Below the pieces are notes generated by a model, which did not search any database, had not been told where the DNA came from, and saw nothing but the letters and a program-made list of their open reading frames with translations. A DNA stretch of 63,677 nt, counting the filler, from Folioceros fuciformis (lineage: Eukaryota), in the NCBI GenBank assembly GCA_049999805.1. It is 17 parts of 17 records of this genome, joined end to end, with 100 filler letters (N's around TTAATTAATTAA, not from the genome) between each part and the next. Parts side by side here need not be neighbours in the genome. Positions count along the whole stretch, not along the records: positions 60,303 to 62,124 come from JBNGIO010005190.1; positions 62,225 to 63,677 come from JBNGIO010005224.1; 15 more parts are not named here. The stretch is one strand, 5' to 3'. Below are positions 61,289-63,677 of the stretch, one piece after another (within the stretch, counting starts at the first letter, position 1; each line of letters opens with the position of its first letter). The position numbers and the translations under genes are program-made.

Positions 61289-61783
61289 TTGGATCCTGAG
61301 GTTCGGATTCAAGACAATGAGAGACAGAATGGAGTGAGAGAACGTTTTGTCTCTCCTCATTTGTACTACAGTCGTGTGTTTGCCAAACGTCTTGAGATTG
61401 AGAGGAGGAACCTTCTGCAATCAAGGATTAATAGAGACAATCAGTTAGAAAGAGTTGACAAATACATATTTGATCAGTTGAACTCTACAAGACGTTCTTT
61501 TGTAGATAAGAGATTCTCTTCCAAGTTGGACAACATTGAAGCCCTGATGACTTGGTTGCTTGTTCAGACTCAATCAAAACTTGAACAGATTTCTTCTGAT
61601 GTGGAATCTCTCCAATCAGAAGTCAGTCTTCTTGCCAATGAAATTGCTAGTCTCAAGGTTTCTAGAGAATCTTCAATCTCTGCTGTTCAGCCGGTTGCAG
61701 CCCTTTATCTGAAATCACTCGTTCCCATGAGGGAGGAATCAAGTGTTGGAGATCATCAGGGTGCAACAACTACCGAGATTTGA
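61289..61783 (+). CDS. Unknown coiled-coil ORF downstream of PBS (no ATG at the track start)
   Basis: 164-codon open frame with heptads LEQISSDVESLQSEVSLLANEIASLK. No gag motif. Confidence 0.35.
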   Translation: MDPEVRIQDNERQNGVRERFVSPHLYYSRVFAKRLEIERRNLLQSRINRDNQLERVDKYIFDQLNSTRRSFVDKRFSSKLDNIEALMTWLLVQTQSKLEQISSDVESLQSEVSLLANEIASLKVSRESSISAVQPVAALYLKSLVPMREESSVGDHQGATTTEI

Positions 61784-62289
61784 AGCGGTGCATTACAGCA
61801 TTTGGGATCTAGCGTGGTGAGAAGGGAGCGCTCAACAAGCACATTCCTGAGTTGTACCTTTTGCTGTTGCTTCCACGTGTCTAGATCCGATTGTTGTTTG
61901 CCTCTTCGTTGCTAGAGTCGCGTCTCTTGCATTCTTGGTCCCCTGCCATTGAAATGTGAACTGTTATTCAGTTAAAAAATTCACATGACATAGTTTTAGG
62001 GTTTTTCCTTAAGAACTAAAACTAGAATTCATGAAACGTTTTTCTTAATGTACCGGTTCATACCTTTACCTATCTCATCAGGCTAGTTGTACCCTTTTGA
62101 GTGTGTAGCTTATGTTGCAGGTAGNNNNNNNNNNNNNNNNNNNNNNNNNNNNNNNNNNNNNNNNNNNNTTAATTAATTAANNNNNNNNNNNNNNNNNNNN
62201 NNNNNNNNNNNNNNNNNNNNNNNNTGAGCTCTTGGAGGTCCTCTCTTCATGAGCTCTTGTGGTCTGTCCCTACTTGGTCTAGGACCTGC

Positions 62290-63677
62290 AGTGTGTTGCC
62301 GGCTATGCAACGTCTGGTAGGATCGCAAGCCGTGTGTTGCCGGCTGTACAGTGTCTGGTAGGATCGCAGGCAGCGTGTTGCCGGCTGTACAATGTCTGGT
62401 AGGATCGCGGGCAGCGTGTTGCCGGTTGTATAGTGTCTAGTAGGATCACAAGGTGTAATGACCAGGGTGTAGGGGCTTGCCCCTAGCTCTTGATTGTAAA
62501 GGGTGTGTCTTTCTCTCAACCTGTCCACTCTTGTTCCTTGCTTGGTCAAGTGCTGTAGGCCGGCCATGTCTCATGGCGTCTGGTAAGGTTGTGGGGAGGA
62601 GATACCCAAGAGGGGAGTGTGTTCCCTTCGTCCTTTTGTTTGGGGTTAGTCTAATGACTCTTGCCGGGTAGAAGGAGTCCGTAGGGAAGTGTAGAAGGTG
62701 GTGTCGTTGCTGGTAGCTGGTAGTTGTTGGTGTTGGTGCTGGAGCGAGAGAGTGAGTGAAGTGAGTGAAGGAAGTCGCAGATCTGAGCGGTTAGAGTCGT
62801 TGTAGTGGCTGGAGTGAGTTTGTGGGCACCGAGAGAGGTGCAGCTGACCGCCGGACAGCGAGGTCTGTCCTACGCCTGATCGGAGCTGGAGGGGAGCCCT
62901 CGAATCCGTCATCGAGTCGATCAAGTCCGACCCTCCATCCACAGCAGCAAGGAACCCCATCGCTCCTTCGNNNNNNNNNNNNNNNNNNNNNNNNNNNNNN
63001 NNNNNNNNNNNNNNNNNNNNNNNNNNNNNNNNNNNNNNNNNNNNNNNNNNNNNNNNNNNNNNNNNNNNNNAGGATCGCAAGCCGCGTGTTGCCGGCTGTA
63101 TAGTGTCTGGTAGGATTGCAGGCAGCGTGTTGCCGGCTGTACAGTGTCTGGTAGGATCGCGGGCAGCGTGTTGCCGGTTGTATAGTGTCTGGTAGGATCA
63201 CAAGGTGTAATGACCAGGGTGTAGGGGCTTGCCCCTAGCTCTTGATTGTAAAGGGTGTGTCTTTCTCTCAACCTGTCCACTCTTGTTCCTTGCTTGGTCA
63301 AGTGCTGTAGGCCGGCCATGTCTCATGGCGTCTGGTAAGGTTGTGGGGAGGAGATACCCAAGAGGGGAGTGTGTTCCCTTCTTCCTTTTGTTTGGAGTTA
63401 GTTTAGTGACTCTTGCCGGGTAGGAGGAGTCCGTAGGGAAGTGTAGAAGGTAGTGGTGTCGTTGCTGGTTGCTGGTAGTTGTTGGTGTTGGTGCTGGAGC
63501 GAGAGAGTGAGTGAAGTTTGTGAGGGAAGTCGCAGATCTGAGAGGTTAGAGTCGTTGTAGTGACTGGAGTGAGTTTGTGGGCACCGAGAGAGGTGCAGCT
63601 GACCGCCGGACAGCGAGGCCTGTCCTACGCCTGATCGGAGCTGGAGGGGAGCCCTCGAATCCATCATCGAGTCGATC
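62290..63677. repeat. Two diverged copies of a unit offset by ~752 bp across an N gap, each containing 40-41-bp tandem subrepeats
   Basis: About 62320-62925 aligns with 63071-63677. Subrepeat GTGTCTGGTAGGATCGCAGGCAGCGTGTTGCCGGCTGTACA. Confidence 0.88.

Overview
Eukaryotic land-plant DNA, probably from a non-seed plant (inferred from gene content). The window is a concatenation of about 17 short contigs joined by artificial 100-bp linkers (N44-TTAATTAATTAA-N44), so adjacency across a linker has no biological meaning. Most of it is nested, often decayed LTR retrotransposons: many Ty1/copia fragments, one copia ORF with an uninterrupted 1489-aa gag-pol, a near-complete Ty3/gypsy chromovirus, and several Athila/Tat-like gypsy pieces. 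Host genes are a CDF-type Dof transcription factor, a PLS-E class PPR gene with an OSB-like WWDNR module at its N-terminus, a PPR pseudogene, the 3' exons of an RWP-RK gene, and an internally deleted CCT-epsilon fragment. The most notable signal is at 3.6-6.7 kb: a decayed gag / double zinc-knuckle / aspartic protease retroelement whose next domain is a C5-cytosine DNA methyltransferase (motifs I-III), cut by an LTR-like insertion just before the catalytic motif. Also notable are two unrelated LTR families with symmetric AG...CT termini instead of TG...CA, and a foldback with ~175-bp arms. All calls come from reading motifs by eye; no searches were run.
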